Part shown: positions 30,999 to 40,271 of the stretch, in pieces
Layout: each line of letters starts with the position of its first letter
Position numbering within the stretch: the stretch's first letter is position 1
Origin: Pirellulales bacterium
GTDB lineage: Bacteria; Planctomycetota; Planctomycetia; Pirellulales; PALSA-1355
Assembly: GCA_963733035.1 (NCBI GenBank)
Contig: CAVTBU010000006.1
Span: 320,001-384,000 of the forward strand
Direction of reading: 5' to 3'
Length of the DNA stretch: 64,000 bases
The notes under the pieces: generated by a model
Told to the model about the DNA's origin: nothing
The model's input: only the letters and a program-made list of their open reading frames with translations
The model's database searches: none
Made by a program: the position numbers and the translations under genes

Positions 30999-32402
30999 AT
31001 GGCAACGGACGCACAGACCAATCGGGCGCGCGACGAAAGTGGGCCCATTCGCGTGCTCATCGTCGACAATGAAGCGGCCCATGCGCAGGCAGTATCCGAG
31101 AGTCTGCAGCGTGTCGGCTACGATTGCACCGTGGCCACCAGTGGTCCCCAGGGTCTGAAGGCCATCAACGAAGGGTCGTTCGACATCGTGATCACGGACC
31201 TGGTGATGAACGAAGTCGACGGCCTGCAGGTACTGGCTCATACCAAGCAAAAGTTGCCCGATGCCGAAGTGATTCTGGTCACTGGGCACGGCACGATCCC
31301 CTCGGCCGTCAGCGCCATGCAACAGGGGGCGTTCAACTACTTGCTCAAGCCCCTCGACTTGAGTCAATTGCGGGCCGTGGCTGAGAGGGCTTCCGAGAGT
31401 CTGCGATTGCGGCAGCAAAATGCCGAACTCAACCGCCGGCTGGACGAACGGTTCGGCTTTGAGGGCGTGATCGGCAACAGTCGCCAGATGCACGAGGTCA
31501 TCGACCGCCTGAAGCGCATCGCTCCGACGGACGCCAGTGTACTCATCCAGGGCGCCACCGGCACCGGCAAGGAACTCGTGGCCCAGGCCATCCATCAAAA
31601 TAGCCCGCGCAAGAATAAGCCCTTTGTGGCACTCAATTGCGCTGCCCTGAGCGAGAACATTCTCGAAAGCGAACTTTTCGGTCACGTCCGCGGTGCTTTC
31701 ACCGACGCCTCGAGCGACCGGGTGGGTAAGTTTGAGTACGCCAACGGCGGCACCCTGTTTCTGGACGAAGTCGGCGACATGCCGCTGGCCACGCAGATCA
31801 AGCTGCTGCGGGTATTGGAGAACAGCGAGATTACGCGGGTCGGTTCGAACGAGAACATTCCGGTGAACGTGCGGATCCTGTCGGCCACGAACCGGAACCT
31901 CGAGGAGTCTATCGCGGCCAGTACATTCCGCAGCGACCTGTATCACCGGCTGAAGGTTGTCACGATCGATCTGCCGTGCCTGACCGCACGCAGCCAGGAC
32001 ATTCCGCTGTTGATCGAGCATTTCCTGAAGCAGTTTGCCAAGCGACACCATAAGAAAGTCGATAGTATGTCGGCGGCGGCCCGGCGGCGGTTGATGGCTT
32101 TCGAATGGCCCGGCAATGTGCGGCAACTCCGCAACGTCATCGAGAGCATGGTCGTCGTCGACTACGATGGCGTGCTCGACGTGGATGACTTGCCCAGCGA
32201 ACTAACTGGTCCGAACGACGAAGTCGAGGATGCCCGCGGAAACAACCTGGCGGGGCTGGTTGGCAAACCTCTGTCAGAAATCGAACGTCTGTTTATCGTC
32301 GAAACCCTGCAACAAACCGGCGGCAATCGCGAAGCCGCCGCCGAAATGCTAGGGATCGGACAACGCACCCTGTATCGGAAAATCAAAGAATACAACCTCT
32401 GA
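30999..32402 (+). CDS. Sigma54-dependent NtrC/AtoC-family response regulator
   Basis: Receiver (ITDLVM, KP), [41 protein letters not shown], and a Fis-type HTH. Confidence 0.95.
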   Translation: MATDAQTNRARDESGPIRVLIVDNEAAHAQAVSESLQRVGYDCTVATSGPQGLKAINEGSFDIVITDLVMNEVDGLQVLAHTKQKLPDAEVILVTGHGTIPSAVSAMQQGAFNYLLKPLDLSQLRAVAERASESLRLRQQNAELNRRLDERFGFEGVIGNSRQMHEVIDRLKRIAPTDASVLIQGATGTGKELVAQAIHQNSPRKNKPFVALNCAALSENILESELFGHVRGAFTDASSDRVGKFEYANGGTLFLDEVGDMPLATQIKLLRVLENSEITRVGSNENIPVNVRILSATNRNLEESIAASTFRSDLYHRLKVVTIDLPCLTARSQDIPLLIEHFLKQFAKRHHKKVDSMSAAARRRLMAFEWPGNVRQLRNVIESMVVVDYDGVLDVDDLPSELTGPNDEVEDARGNNLAGLVGKPLSEIERLFIVETLQQTGGNREAAAEMLGIGQRTLYRKIKEYNL

Positions 32403-32492
32403 TCCGGAGTCGTCGACGGCCGGGTCCCCAGGCCTGGGAAAAACAACCCCTGGGAGCGATCGAGATCCTCGCGACATCTTCGGCCCAGCACC

Positions 32493-34358
32493 ATGACTTA
32501 CATTCGCCAACTCCCGCCGAGCGTCATTAACAAGATCGCCGCCGGCGAGGTGATCGAGCGACCCGCGAGCGTCGTCAAGGAGTTGATGGAGAATTCCATC
32601 GATGCGGGTGCTCAGCGGATCGACGTCGCTGTGGAGCAGGGGGGAGTGGAACTGGTGCGGGTGAGTGACGACGGCCGCGGAATTGAGTCCGCGGAGTTGC
32701 CGCTGGCCGTGGCCAGTCATGCCACCAGCAAGATTGTCGATGCCGACGATTTGTTTCACGTCCAGTCGCTCGGCTTTCGCGGCGAAGCGCTGGCGTCGAT
32801 TGCCGAAGTGAGCCGGATGACGCTTCGCAGTCGGCCCGGCGAGGAATCTGCGGGTGCGGAACTCGAGATCGCTGGGGGGCATGCTTCGCCGATCGTGCCC
32901 TGCGGCTGCCCGCGCGGCACAACGATCGAAATTCGGCAGTTGTTCTACAACACGCCGGTCCGGCGCAAGTTCCTTCGTTCCACGCAAACGGAAATTGGGC
33001 ACGTCAGCGAGGCGTTTACGCGAGTGGCGCTCGCCTATCCGAAGGTCCACTGTACGCTCAAGCACAACGGACGCTCGGTTTACGATCTGCCCCCGTCTGT
33101 CGACTGGCGAGATCGGATCGCTGCCTTTTTCGGGCACGATCTGGCTGCCGATTTGATTCCCGTGTCGAGTACCGACCAGGCAGTGCAATTGGCCGGTTAC
33201 GTTGCGAGCCCGAGCCACAGCCGCTCGAACCCCCGCTTGCAATACTTGTTTCTAAACGGTCGCGCGATTCGCGATCGAGCGCTGGGGCATGCCCTCAGCG
33301 AGGCCTACCGCGGGTTGCTGTTGACCGGTCGCTATCCGATCGCTTTCCTGCGGATCGACATGCCGGCCGAAATGGTCGACGTCAACGTCCACCCCACAAA
33401 ACTCGAAGTGCGGTTTCAGGAATCGGGCAAGCTATATGGGCAATTGCTCGGCACGTTGCGCACCAAGTTCTTGTCGACCGATTTAACTGCGCGTCTCCAG
33501 CCGGTCGATCAGAACGAAGCCGCGGCCGCTATCGATCCGCAGCAGGCCGAGATCATGCGGCGTGAGCTGGTCGACTGGGCCAAAGGGCAGCTTCCGTCGT
33601 TCGGCGAAGAACTGGTTTCGCCCGCGCCGCAGACCCAGGCGAGCTTTGACGCTCAGTGGCAGCAGCCGCGTGCTCCGTTGGAATTGAGCACCCTCGATCG
33701 ATCGTGGAAAGCGGTCGAGCCCACGCATGGTGCGGCGGAGTCGGAGACCTCGCCGGAGCCCAACTTCCGGGTCGATTCGCCCTCGAGAGCGGTGAAGGCC
33801 TTGCAACTGCATAACCGCTATCTCATTACTGAGAGCGACGATGGGATGGTTGTGATCGATCAACATGCGCTGCACGAGCGGATTCTGTACGAATACTTGC
33901 GTGAAAAAGTGTTGGCCGGTGCGCTCGAATCGCAGTCGCTGTTGGTGCCCGAGCCAGTTGACTTGAGTCCGGCCGAGGCGGCGGCCGTATTGGACGCACG
34001 CGATTTGTTGGCACAGCTGGGGGTGACTGTCGAACCGTTCGGTGGCGATACGGTGCTGGTATCGAGTTATCCGGCGATGCTCGCAAACCTGCGTCCAGAG
34101 GAAGTCTTGCGAGATTTGGTCGATCACCTCCTGGCTGGCGGTAAATATCCGGAACGACGCGACATGCTTGATTCACTGTTGCACATGATTTCGTGTAAGG
34201 CGGCAATCAAGGCCGGCGACCGACTCAGTCCCGGAGAAATCGCGGCCCTGCTTGAGCAGCGGCACTTGGCCCAAGATACGCATCATTGCCCGCACGGCCG
34301 TCCGACGGCCCTGTTTTTCAGCCGCGAGGAACTGGACCGCCAATTCAAGCGGATTTAA
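32493..34358 (+). CDS. mutL: DNA mismatch repair endonuclease MutL
   Basis: IAAGEVIERP, GFRGEAL, VDVNVHPTK, DQHALHER, SCKAAIK and CPHGRP. Confidence 0.98.
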   Translation: MTYIRQLPPSVINKIAAGEVIERPASVVKELMENSIDAGAQRIDVAVEQGGVELVRVSDDGRGIESAELPLAVASHATSKIVDADDLFHVQSLGFRGEALASIAEVSRMTLRSRPGEESAGAELEIAGGHASPIVPCGCPRGTTIEIRQLFYNTPVRRKFLRSTQTEIGHVSEAFTRVALAYPKVHCTLKHNGRSVYDLPPSVDWRDRIAAFFGHDLAADLIPVSSTDQAVQLAGYVASPSHSRSNPRLQYLFLNGRAIRDRALGHALSEAYRGLLLTGRYPIAFLRIDMPAEMVDVNVHPTKLEVRFQESGKLYGQLLGTLRTKFLSTDLTARLQPVDQNEAAAAIDPQQAEIMRRELVDWAKGQLPSFGEELVSPAPQTQASFDAQWQQPRAPLELSTLDRSWKAVEPTHGAAESETSPEPNFRVDSPSRAVKALQLHNRYLITESDDGMVVIDQHALHERILYEYLREKVLAGALESQSLLVPEPVDLSPAEAAAVLDARDLLAQLGVTVEPFGGDTVLVSSYPAMLANLRPEEVLRDLVDHLLAGGKYPERRDMLDSLLHMISCKAAIKAGDRLSPGEIAALLEQRHLAQDTHHCPHGRPTALFFSREELDRQFKRI

Positions 34359-34497
34359 CCAGCGCGGTCGTCCGCGTGGGATCCCTTCGGCACTGGCTGG
34401 TTTGTCCGGCTGGAGCCGTATCACGCGGTGCCGGGCAGCCGCTATAATTGAGCTACTTGCTCTTCCATTTCCCTTGGACTGAATTCATTTTCGATTC

Positions 34498-35985
34498 ATG
34501 ATCTGCGTTAGCATTGCCCGCGGTCGCCACCGCCACATGATCGCCGAGCACCGTCATTTGGTCGAGCAAGGCGCTAAGCTCGTGGAGCTGCGGCTCGACT
34601 ATATTAACGGCGAGGTGAACCTCAAGCGATTGCTCGTCGATCGTCCTTCGCCCGTGGTGGCCACCTGTCGCCGCGAACGGGACGGCGGGAAGTGGCCCGG
34701 CAGCGAAGAACAGCGTCTGATGCTGCTGCGCAGCGCAATTGCCGAGGGCGCGGACTACGTCGATCTGGAGGACGACATTGCCGGGCAAATTCCTCGCTAT
34801 GGCAAGACCAAGCGGATCATCAGCCTGCATGACTACCGCAAGACGCCTGACGACTTGGAAGAGATCCATGCTCGGCTGGTCGACTTGGATGCCGACGTTG
34901 TCAAGCTGGCCACCATGGCCAACACGGCTCACGACAATTTGCGAATCCTGCGCCTAATCAAGAACAGCAAGGTGCCCACGGTCGGCATTTGCATGGGCGA
35001 CATTGGCACGCCGTCGCGAATCCTGGCGGGCAGATTCGGCGCGCCTTTTACATTCGCCACGTTTCATCACGAGCGCACGCTTGCGCCAGGTCAGCTCAGC
35101 TTTCAGCAAATGACGGAGATTTACCACTACGATCGGATCAACTCCGAGACGGCGGTTTTCGGCGTAATCGGCGATCCGATCGGACACAGCCTCAGCCCCG
35201 TCGTGCACAACGCAGCCTTCCGACGGATGGAGATCAACGCCGTATATGTGCCGTTCCGCGTGCCGCGCGAACAACTGTCGCAGTTTCTGGCCGATGCGCC
35301 GCAATTGGGCATCAAGGGGCTGAGCGTGACGATTCCGCACAAAGAAACCGTAACCAAAAAGCTGAGCGTAATGGATGAGAGCATGCAGGGCATCGGCGCC
35401 GCCAATACCTTGTTGTTCGGAAACGGAAAGATCACCGGCTTTAACACCGACTACCAAGCCGCCCTTAGCAGCCTCGAAGAAGCGATTGCCGAACATCACG
35501 GTCGCAAGACGGCCCTCGAACATCAAACGGCTCTGGTGCTCGGTGCTGGCGGCGCCGCCAAGGCGATTGCCTACGGACTCAAGAAACTCGGCGCGAGCGT
35601 TGTCATTGCCGGTCGCACGGCCCAACGAGCCCAGCAATTGGCCGAATCGCTAGGCTGCAAAACGGTTGACTGGGCTAATCGTTATTCGTTCATGCCCGAC
35701 GTAATCGTCAATTGCACACCAGTCGGCATGCATCCGAATGTGGACGCCACACCTTACGATCGGCATCATTTGCGCCCGTCGATGGTCGTGTTCGACACGG
35801 TTTACAACCCCGAGAACACGCTGCTGCTGAAGGACGCCCGCAAACAAAGTTGTACCGTGGTCAGCGGCGTCGAGATGTTCGTGCGTCAGGCCTGCCTGCA
35901 GTTCAAACAGTTTACCGGTCAGGAGCCGCCCGCCGATTTGATGCGCGACGTGCTCAAGCGGGCGATCGGTCCAGCACGGTACTAG
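34498..35985 (+). CDS. aroE: Bifunctional type I 3-dehydroquinate dehydratase / shikimate dehydrogenase
   Basis: N-terminal VELRLD, ATCRREREGG-like and ISLHDY. C-terminal GDPIGHSLSP, SVTIPHK, GAANT, NTDY and GAGGAA. Confidence 0.95.
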   Translation: MICVSIARGRHRHMIAEHRHLVEQGAKLVELRLDYINGEVNLKRLLVDRPSPVVATCRRERDGGKWPGSEEQRLMLLRSAIAEGADYVDLEDDIAGQIPRYGKTKRIISLHDYRKTPDDLEEIHARLVDLDADVVKLATMANTAHDNLRILRLIKNSKVPTVGICMGDIGTPSRILAGRFGAPFTFATFHHERTLAPGQLSFQQMTEIYHYDRINSETAVFGVIGDPIGHSLSPVVHNAAFRRMEINAVYVPFRVPREQLSQFLADAPQLGIKGLSVTIPHKETVTKKLSVMDESMQGIGAANTLLFGNGKITGFNTDYQAALSSLEEAIAEHHGRKTALEHQTALVLGAGGAAKAIAYGLKKLGASVVIAGRTAQRAQQLAESLGCKTVDWANRYSFMPDVIVNCTPVGMHPNVDATPYDRHHLRPSMVVFDTVYNPENTLLLKDARKQSCTVVSGVEMFVRQACLQFKQFTGQEPPADLMRDVLKRAIGPARY

Positions 35986-35998
35986 ACGGAAACTGGTG

Positions 35999-36540
35999 AT
36001 GAATCTCGTTTTGATCGGATTGCGCGGAACCGGCAAGACCACAGTCGCCCGGCTATTGGGCGAGCGTCTAGGGTGGAGTTGGTTCGATGCGGACGCCGAG
36101 ATTGAAGCCGCGGCCGGCAAGTCGATCAAACGGATCTTCGCCGATGAAGGCGAGCGGGCCTTTCGCGAATGGGAAACCAAAGTCGTCGCCGAGCTTGCAG
36201 GGCGAGAGCGGGCGATCCTGGCCTTGGGGGGGGCGCGATCGTGCGGCCTGAAAACCAGGCAGCCATTTCCAACCAGGGGAAAATTATCTGGCTGACCGCT
36301 TCGCCCGAGACCCTGTGGGCCCGGATTCAGTCCGATGCAATGACGGCAGCCCGACGGCCGAATCTGACCACCAGTGGCGGCATAAACGAGATCATCGCTA
36401 CGCTCGACGCCCGGCGGGACATCTATCGTCAGTGCGCACATTTGGAAATCGATACCGAGGGAAAAACTCCGGTCCAGGTTGCCGACGCTATCCTTGAGCA
36501 GCTGACTCTGCACGAGCCGACGTCGCGACGGTCGTGCTAA
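35999..36540 (+). CDS. aroK: Shikimate kinase; frameshift in G8 run at 36226-36233
   Basis: GLRGTGKTT P-loop, DAD and GERAFR. A G9 run would give LGGGAIV..RPNL..RRDIY. Confidence 0.9.
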
Positions 36541-36588
36541 TTACGATTCTTGTCGGCCTGACGACGGTCCTCGGGACATGGCGTACAC

Positions 36589-37875
36589 GTGAACTTTATA
36601 CTGGCTATTCCGCTTTCCATTCGCCTACTTGGGCTGGCCGTGATCGGTACGATGCTCGGTGCGGTGGTTAATTGGGCCACCTACCGCCTGGCTTGGAATC
36701 GGCGTTCTATCGGTCCCTGGACCAAGCCACTCCCGCACGCGCCACGGCGCAGTCCTACCGACTACCTGCCACTCCTGGGCTGGTTCGGTTTGCGGCGCGA
36801 GGCCCAGCTGCACGGCCGGTTTTTTTGGCTGCGTCCGCTATTGGTCGAACTGGCGTCCGGAATTGCGCTGGCGGCGCTGTACTGCTGGGAGACGCAAAAC
36901 GCTCCTCGGCTGTGGGCCTTCCAAGGCATGCCACTGCCGCCTGGCGGCTTTCTGACAGACAACCTGCCGCTGGCCGAACATCTGCGATTTCTGAGCCACG
37001 CCGCACTGTTGTTTCTGATGCTGGCCGCATCGCTGATCGACCTCGACGAAAAAACGATTCCCGACACGATTACGGTACCAGGCGCGATTGTTGCGATGGC
37101 ACTCGCGACGGCCTATCCTTGGTCGCTATTTCCTGCGGCCCACTTCGCCGCTGGCGGGCGGACGCTGCTGGAGTTTCTCAACATCGACTCACCGCATGAG
37201 TTTCCTCCGTCGCTTGCCGGATCGCAGCCATACGGGCTAGTGACCGCGATGGGGTGTTGGTCGCTGTGGTGCTTTGGGCTCTTGCCTCGGCGATGGAACG
37301 TACGGCGTGGTTGGACGACGGCCATACGAGTTTTTTTTCATCGTTTGCGCAGCGAGTCGCTCACGTATCTATTGTTCGCGCTGTGGCTCGTCGGGGCTCT
37401 ATTGATCTGGCTGGCGGCCCGTTCGCTCGCAGAAGCTCACTGGGCAGGCGTGCTGACGGCGCTGGTCGGGATGACGGCCGGCGGGGGAGTGATCTGGTGC
37501 GTGCGCATCATCGGTAGCGCGGTATTGCGAAAGGAAGCGATGGGATTTGGAGATGTGACGCTGATGGCCATGATCGGTGCCTTCTTGGGCTGGCAGGCAT
37601 GCTTGATGATTTTCTTTGTCGCACCTTTTTTTGGATTGCTTTTTGCCGTGATTACCTTCGTCCTGCACCAGGAACGCGAGATTCCCTACGGTCCGTTTCT
37701 TTGTTTGGGTGCACTGACCGTGATCCTCCGTTGGCCGTCCTTCTGGTCGGGGACGATCGGCGTTTTTGAGCTGGGCTGGCTCGTGCCGCTGATGATTATC
37801 ATGTGCTTCGTGCTGATGGCGTTGCTCCTATGGATGTACACGCTGCTGTCGCGACTATTTGGGAGGCCAGGTTAA
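36589..37875 (+). CDS. A24 prepilin peptidase
   Basis: SLIDLDEKTIPD, EAMGFGDVTLMAMIGAFLGWQ and IPYGPFL; multi-TM. Confidence 0.88.
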   Translation: MNFILAIPLSIRLLGLAVIGTMLGAVVNWATYRLAWNRRSIGPWTKPLPHAPRRSPTDYLPLLGWFGLRREAQLHGRFFWLRPLLVELASGIALAALYCWETQNAPRLWAFQGMPLPPGGFLTDNLPLAEHLRFLSHAALLFLMLAASLIDLDEKTIPDTITVPGAIVAMALATAYPWSLFPAAHFAAGGRTLLEFLNIDSPHEFPPSLAGSQPYGLVTAMGCWSLWCFGLLPRRWNVRRGWTTAIRVFFHRLRSESLTYLLFALWLVGALLIWLAARSLAEAHWAGVLTALVGMTAGGGVIWCVRIIGSAVLRKEAMGFGDVTLMAMIGAFLGWQACLMIFFVAPFFGLLFAVITFVLHQEREIPYGPFLCLGALTVILRWPSFWSGTIGVFELGWLVPLMIIMCFVLMALLLWMYTLLSRLFGRPG

Positions 37876-37959
37876 TCGCCTCGCCGAGGACAAGGCATGC
37901 TGTTTCGCAGCCTAGACTTTAGCGGATGCCAGATTCGCCAATTTAAGGAAGTCGTTTCG

Positions 37960-38466
37960 ATGTGGCTTTCCAGGACACTTCTCGACCCGTTTGGACACGA
38001 CTGCGAGCGGCTTTGCCGGGGGCGGTACGGCGTGATCGAAACCCGCTCCGGCAGACTACACGCGATTCATTTGCGGCCGTGGCCCAAAGTAATCTCGGCG
38101 CTGGAAAGCGAATGGCTGGGGCGCCGCTACCATCGCACGCATCCGGGCGACTGTTGCCTGCTGTACTTTAACCAGCCGTGGCGGTTTCCGAACTACATAG
38201 CCCTGACATTTGTGCTGTCGGGTCGCGATTGTACATTTGCCACCTTCCGTCGCGCGGTGCAAGCACTCGACGAAGTTGCCGAAGTGAAACGGACGGACGC
38301 CCTGCTATGTGACGCCTGGAATTTGCGGATTTCTGACCGGCTGTTTGCCCGCTGGGGCTGGGAGCCCCATAAACCCCAACGCTGGCACCGCAACTTCATC
38401 AAGCGATTCTATGGACACTACCCACGGGCACGGCAGCCGGAATCCGAAGAACTCGTTCGCTGCTAG
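37960..38466 (+). CDS. Hypothetical protein (start uncertain)
   Basis: Co-oriented ORF filling the gap between two genes; no family recognised. Confidence 0.6.
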   Translation: MWLSRTLLDPFGHDCERLCRGRYGVIETRSGRLHAIHLRPWPKVISALESEWLGRRYHRTHPGDCCLLYFNQPWRFPNYIALTFVLSGRDCTFATFRRAVQALDEVAEVKRTDALLCDAWNLRISDRLFARWGWEPHKPQRWHRNFIKRFYGHYPRARQPESEELVRC

Positions 38467-38632
38467 CTGCATGCTTGCGAGGTTTCCGATATGGACTTCG
38501 TGCTGGGCAAGAGTCGACAAATTGCTCTTGTGACGCGTCGGTGCTCACACTACCATTCGGCCCTCGTCATCAGGCGCGATCCTAGCGCGGCGGTCGCACA
38601 CGGACTTTCCGTCCAATTGAGTCTCGAGGAGA

Positions 38633-39466
38633 ATGAATATGCGAGTCGTCATGGGGACGACGTCGCTGATTCTGCTTTGCCTGTCGGCCGTTTCCGGCTG
38701 CGCAGAAAGCTCCCTTGCGCTCAAGAACCAGACCAAGGCGCTGCAACAGCAACAGGTTGCCATGCAGCAGCGAAACACCGAGCTGCAGAGCCGTGCTGCC
38801 TCGCTCGATCGTGACAACCAAGAGCTAGAGTCGCTGCTCGCGCAAACGCGGCAGCAGAGCAAGGTGGTCGAAGATCAGTTGGCTGCCGTACGCGAGCAGC
38901 TTTCCACCGCCACGGCGCAACTCGCCCAGGTGCGCGATGAAAAGCAGCTCACCGAGAAGCAGGCCGAAGCTCTGTTGGCTTCTGTCCGCAAACGCAAAGG
39001 CGCGCAGATTACGGCCAACAGCAGCGTGCAGAAGAACCTTCCGGCGCTGAATTTGCCCGGTACCGAGGTTCGCGTCGACGGCGACGTCGTTCGAGTCGAA
39101 CTCCCCGCCTCGAAGCTCTTTCAGCCGGGCTCCACCGTCCTGCAGCCTGTGGCCGGAGCGATGCTCGACAGCGTTGCCGCCGAACTTTCGCGGGCGTATC
39201 CCGATCAGACGATCGGTATTGAAGGCCACACTGACAACGATTTCATCCGCACGCCTGGTGTCGGAGACCACCAGCAGCTGTCGGTTGCGCGGGCCACGGC
39301 CGTGTATCAATATTTGGTGGCGCGAGGTCAGATCCCATCGAACCGCATGTTCATCGTCGGCCACGGCAGCAATCATCCGGTCGTATCGAACGCCACGGCG
39401 GCGGGCAAAGAGCGGAACAACCGCGTCGAGCTGGTTGTCTATCCGGAAAAGGTCACCAGCCGGTAA
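38633..39466 (+). CDS. OmpA/MotB-domain lipoprotein with coiled coil
   Basis: VSGC lipobox, Gln-rich coil, IEGHTD, LSVARA and NNRVE. Confidence 0.88.
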   Translation: MNMRVVMGTTSLILLCLSAVSGCAESSLALKNQTKALQQQQVAMQQRNTELQSRAASLDRDNQELESLLAQTRQQSKVVEDQLAAVREQLSTATAQLAQVRDEKQLTEKQAEALLASVRKRKGAQITANSSVQKNLPALNLPGTEVRVDGDVVRVELPASKLFQPGSTVLQPVAGAMLDSVAAELSRAYPDQTIGIEGHTDNDFIRTPGVGDHQQLSVARATAVYQYLVARGQIPSNRMFIVGHGSNHPVVSNATAAGKERNNRVELVVYPEKVTSR

Positions 39467-39612
39467 TCTCGCGACGTTTCTCGTAGCTGCCCCCAATGCG
39501 GCCAGATGGCTATAATGGTCAGGGTGCGAACCGACCCTGTCCATAGGCTGTCTTTCACGCGACATGGGTTCCGGTCGCTCCCCTTTCTAGCCGCCGCTGA
39601 GTTTTTCCCTTG

Positions 39613-40218
39613 ATGATTGCAATTATTGACTACCAGATGGGCAATCTGCGGAGCGTCCAAAAGGGGTTTGAGAAGGTCGGTTACCAAGCCACGATTACAA
39701 GCGACCCGGCCGAATTGGCCCGAGCCGACAAAGTTGTGCTGCCCGGCGTGGGGGCTTTTGGCGACGCGATGGCCGAACTACGCCGCCGCGATCTCGTCGA
39801 GCCAATCCGAGACATCGTTGCCTCGGGAACGCCCTTCTTGGGTATCTGCCTGGGCCTGCAACTGCTGTTCGACGTCAGTTTCGAAGGCGGCGAGCATCAG
39901 GGACTGGGCATCCTTCGGGGGCAGGTCGTGCGATTCGAAGTGCCGCCCGAGTTTAAAGTGCCGCACATGGGTTGGAATCAGCTCACCATCCGCCGTCCTG
40001 CGCCGTTGTTGGCGGGACTGTCGGACGGTGTCTACTGTTATTTCGTCCATTCGTACTACGTTGCGCCCAGTGACCCGTCGGTCATCGCCACCGAGACGAA
40101 CTATTCCCGGCCATTTTGCTCGATGGTCTGGCGCGATAATCTATCGGCTGCGCAGTTCCATCCGGAAAAGAGCCAGAGCGACGGCCTGCGGATGCTCAAG
40201 AACTTTGCCGAGCTTTAG
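39613..40218 (+). CDS. hisH: Imidazole glycerol phosphate synthase glutaminase subunit
   Basis: IIDYQMGNLRSV, LPGVGAF, GICLGLQ, VPHMGWN, YFVHSY and QFHPEKS. Confidence 0.97.
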   Translation: MIAIIDYQMGNLRSVQKGFEKVGYQATITSDPAELARADKVVLPGVGAFGDAMAELRRRDLVEPIRDIVASGTPFLGICLGLQLLFDVSFEGGEHQGLGILRGQVVRFEVPPEFKVPHMGWNQLTIRRPAPLLAGLSDGVYCYFVHSYYVAPSDPSVIATETNYSRPFCSMVWRDNLSAAQFHPEKSQSDGLRMLKNFAEL

Positions 40219-40271
40219 CGGCCGAACCTGGGCCGCAATATCCGTGGGCCACACATCGCGGAGAGTTTCTC

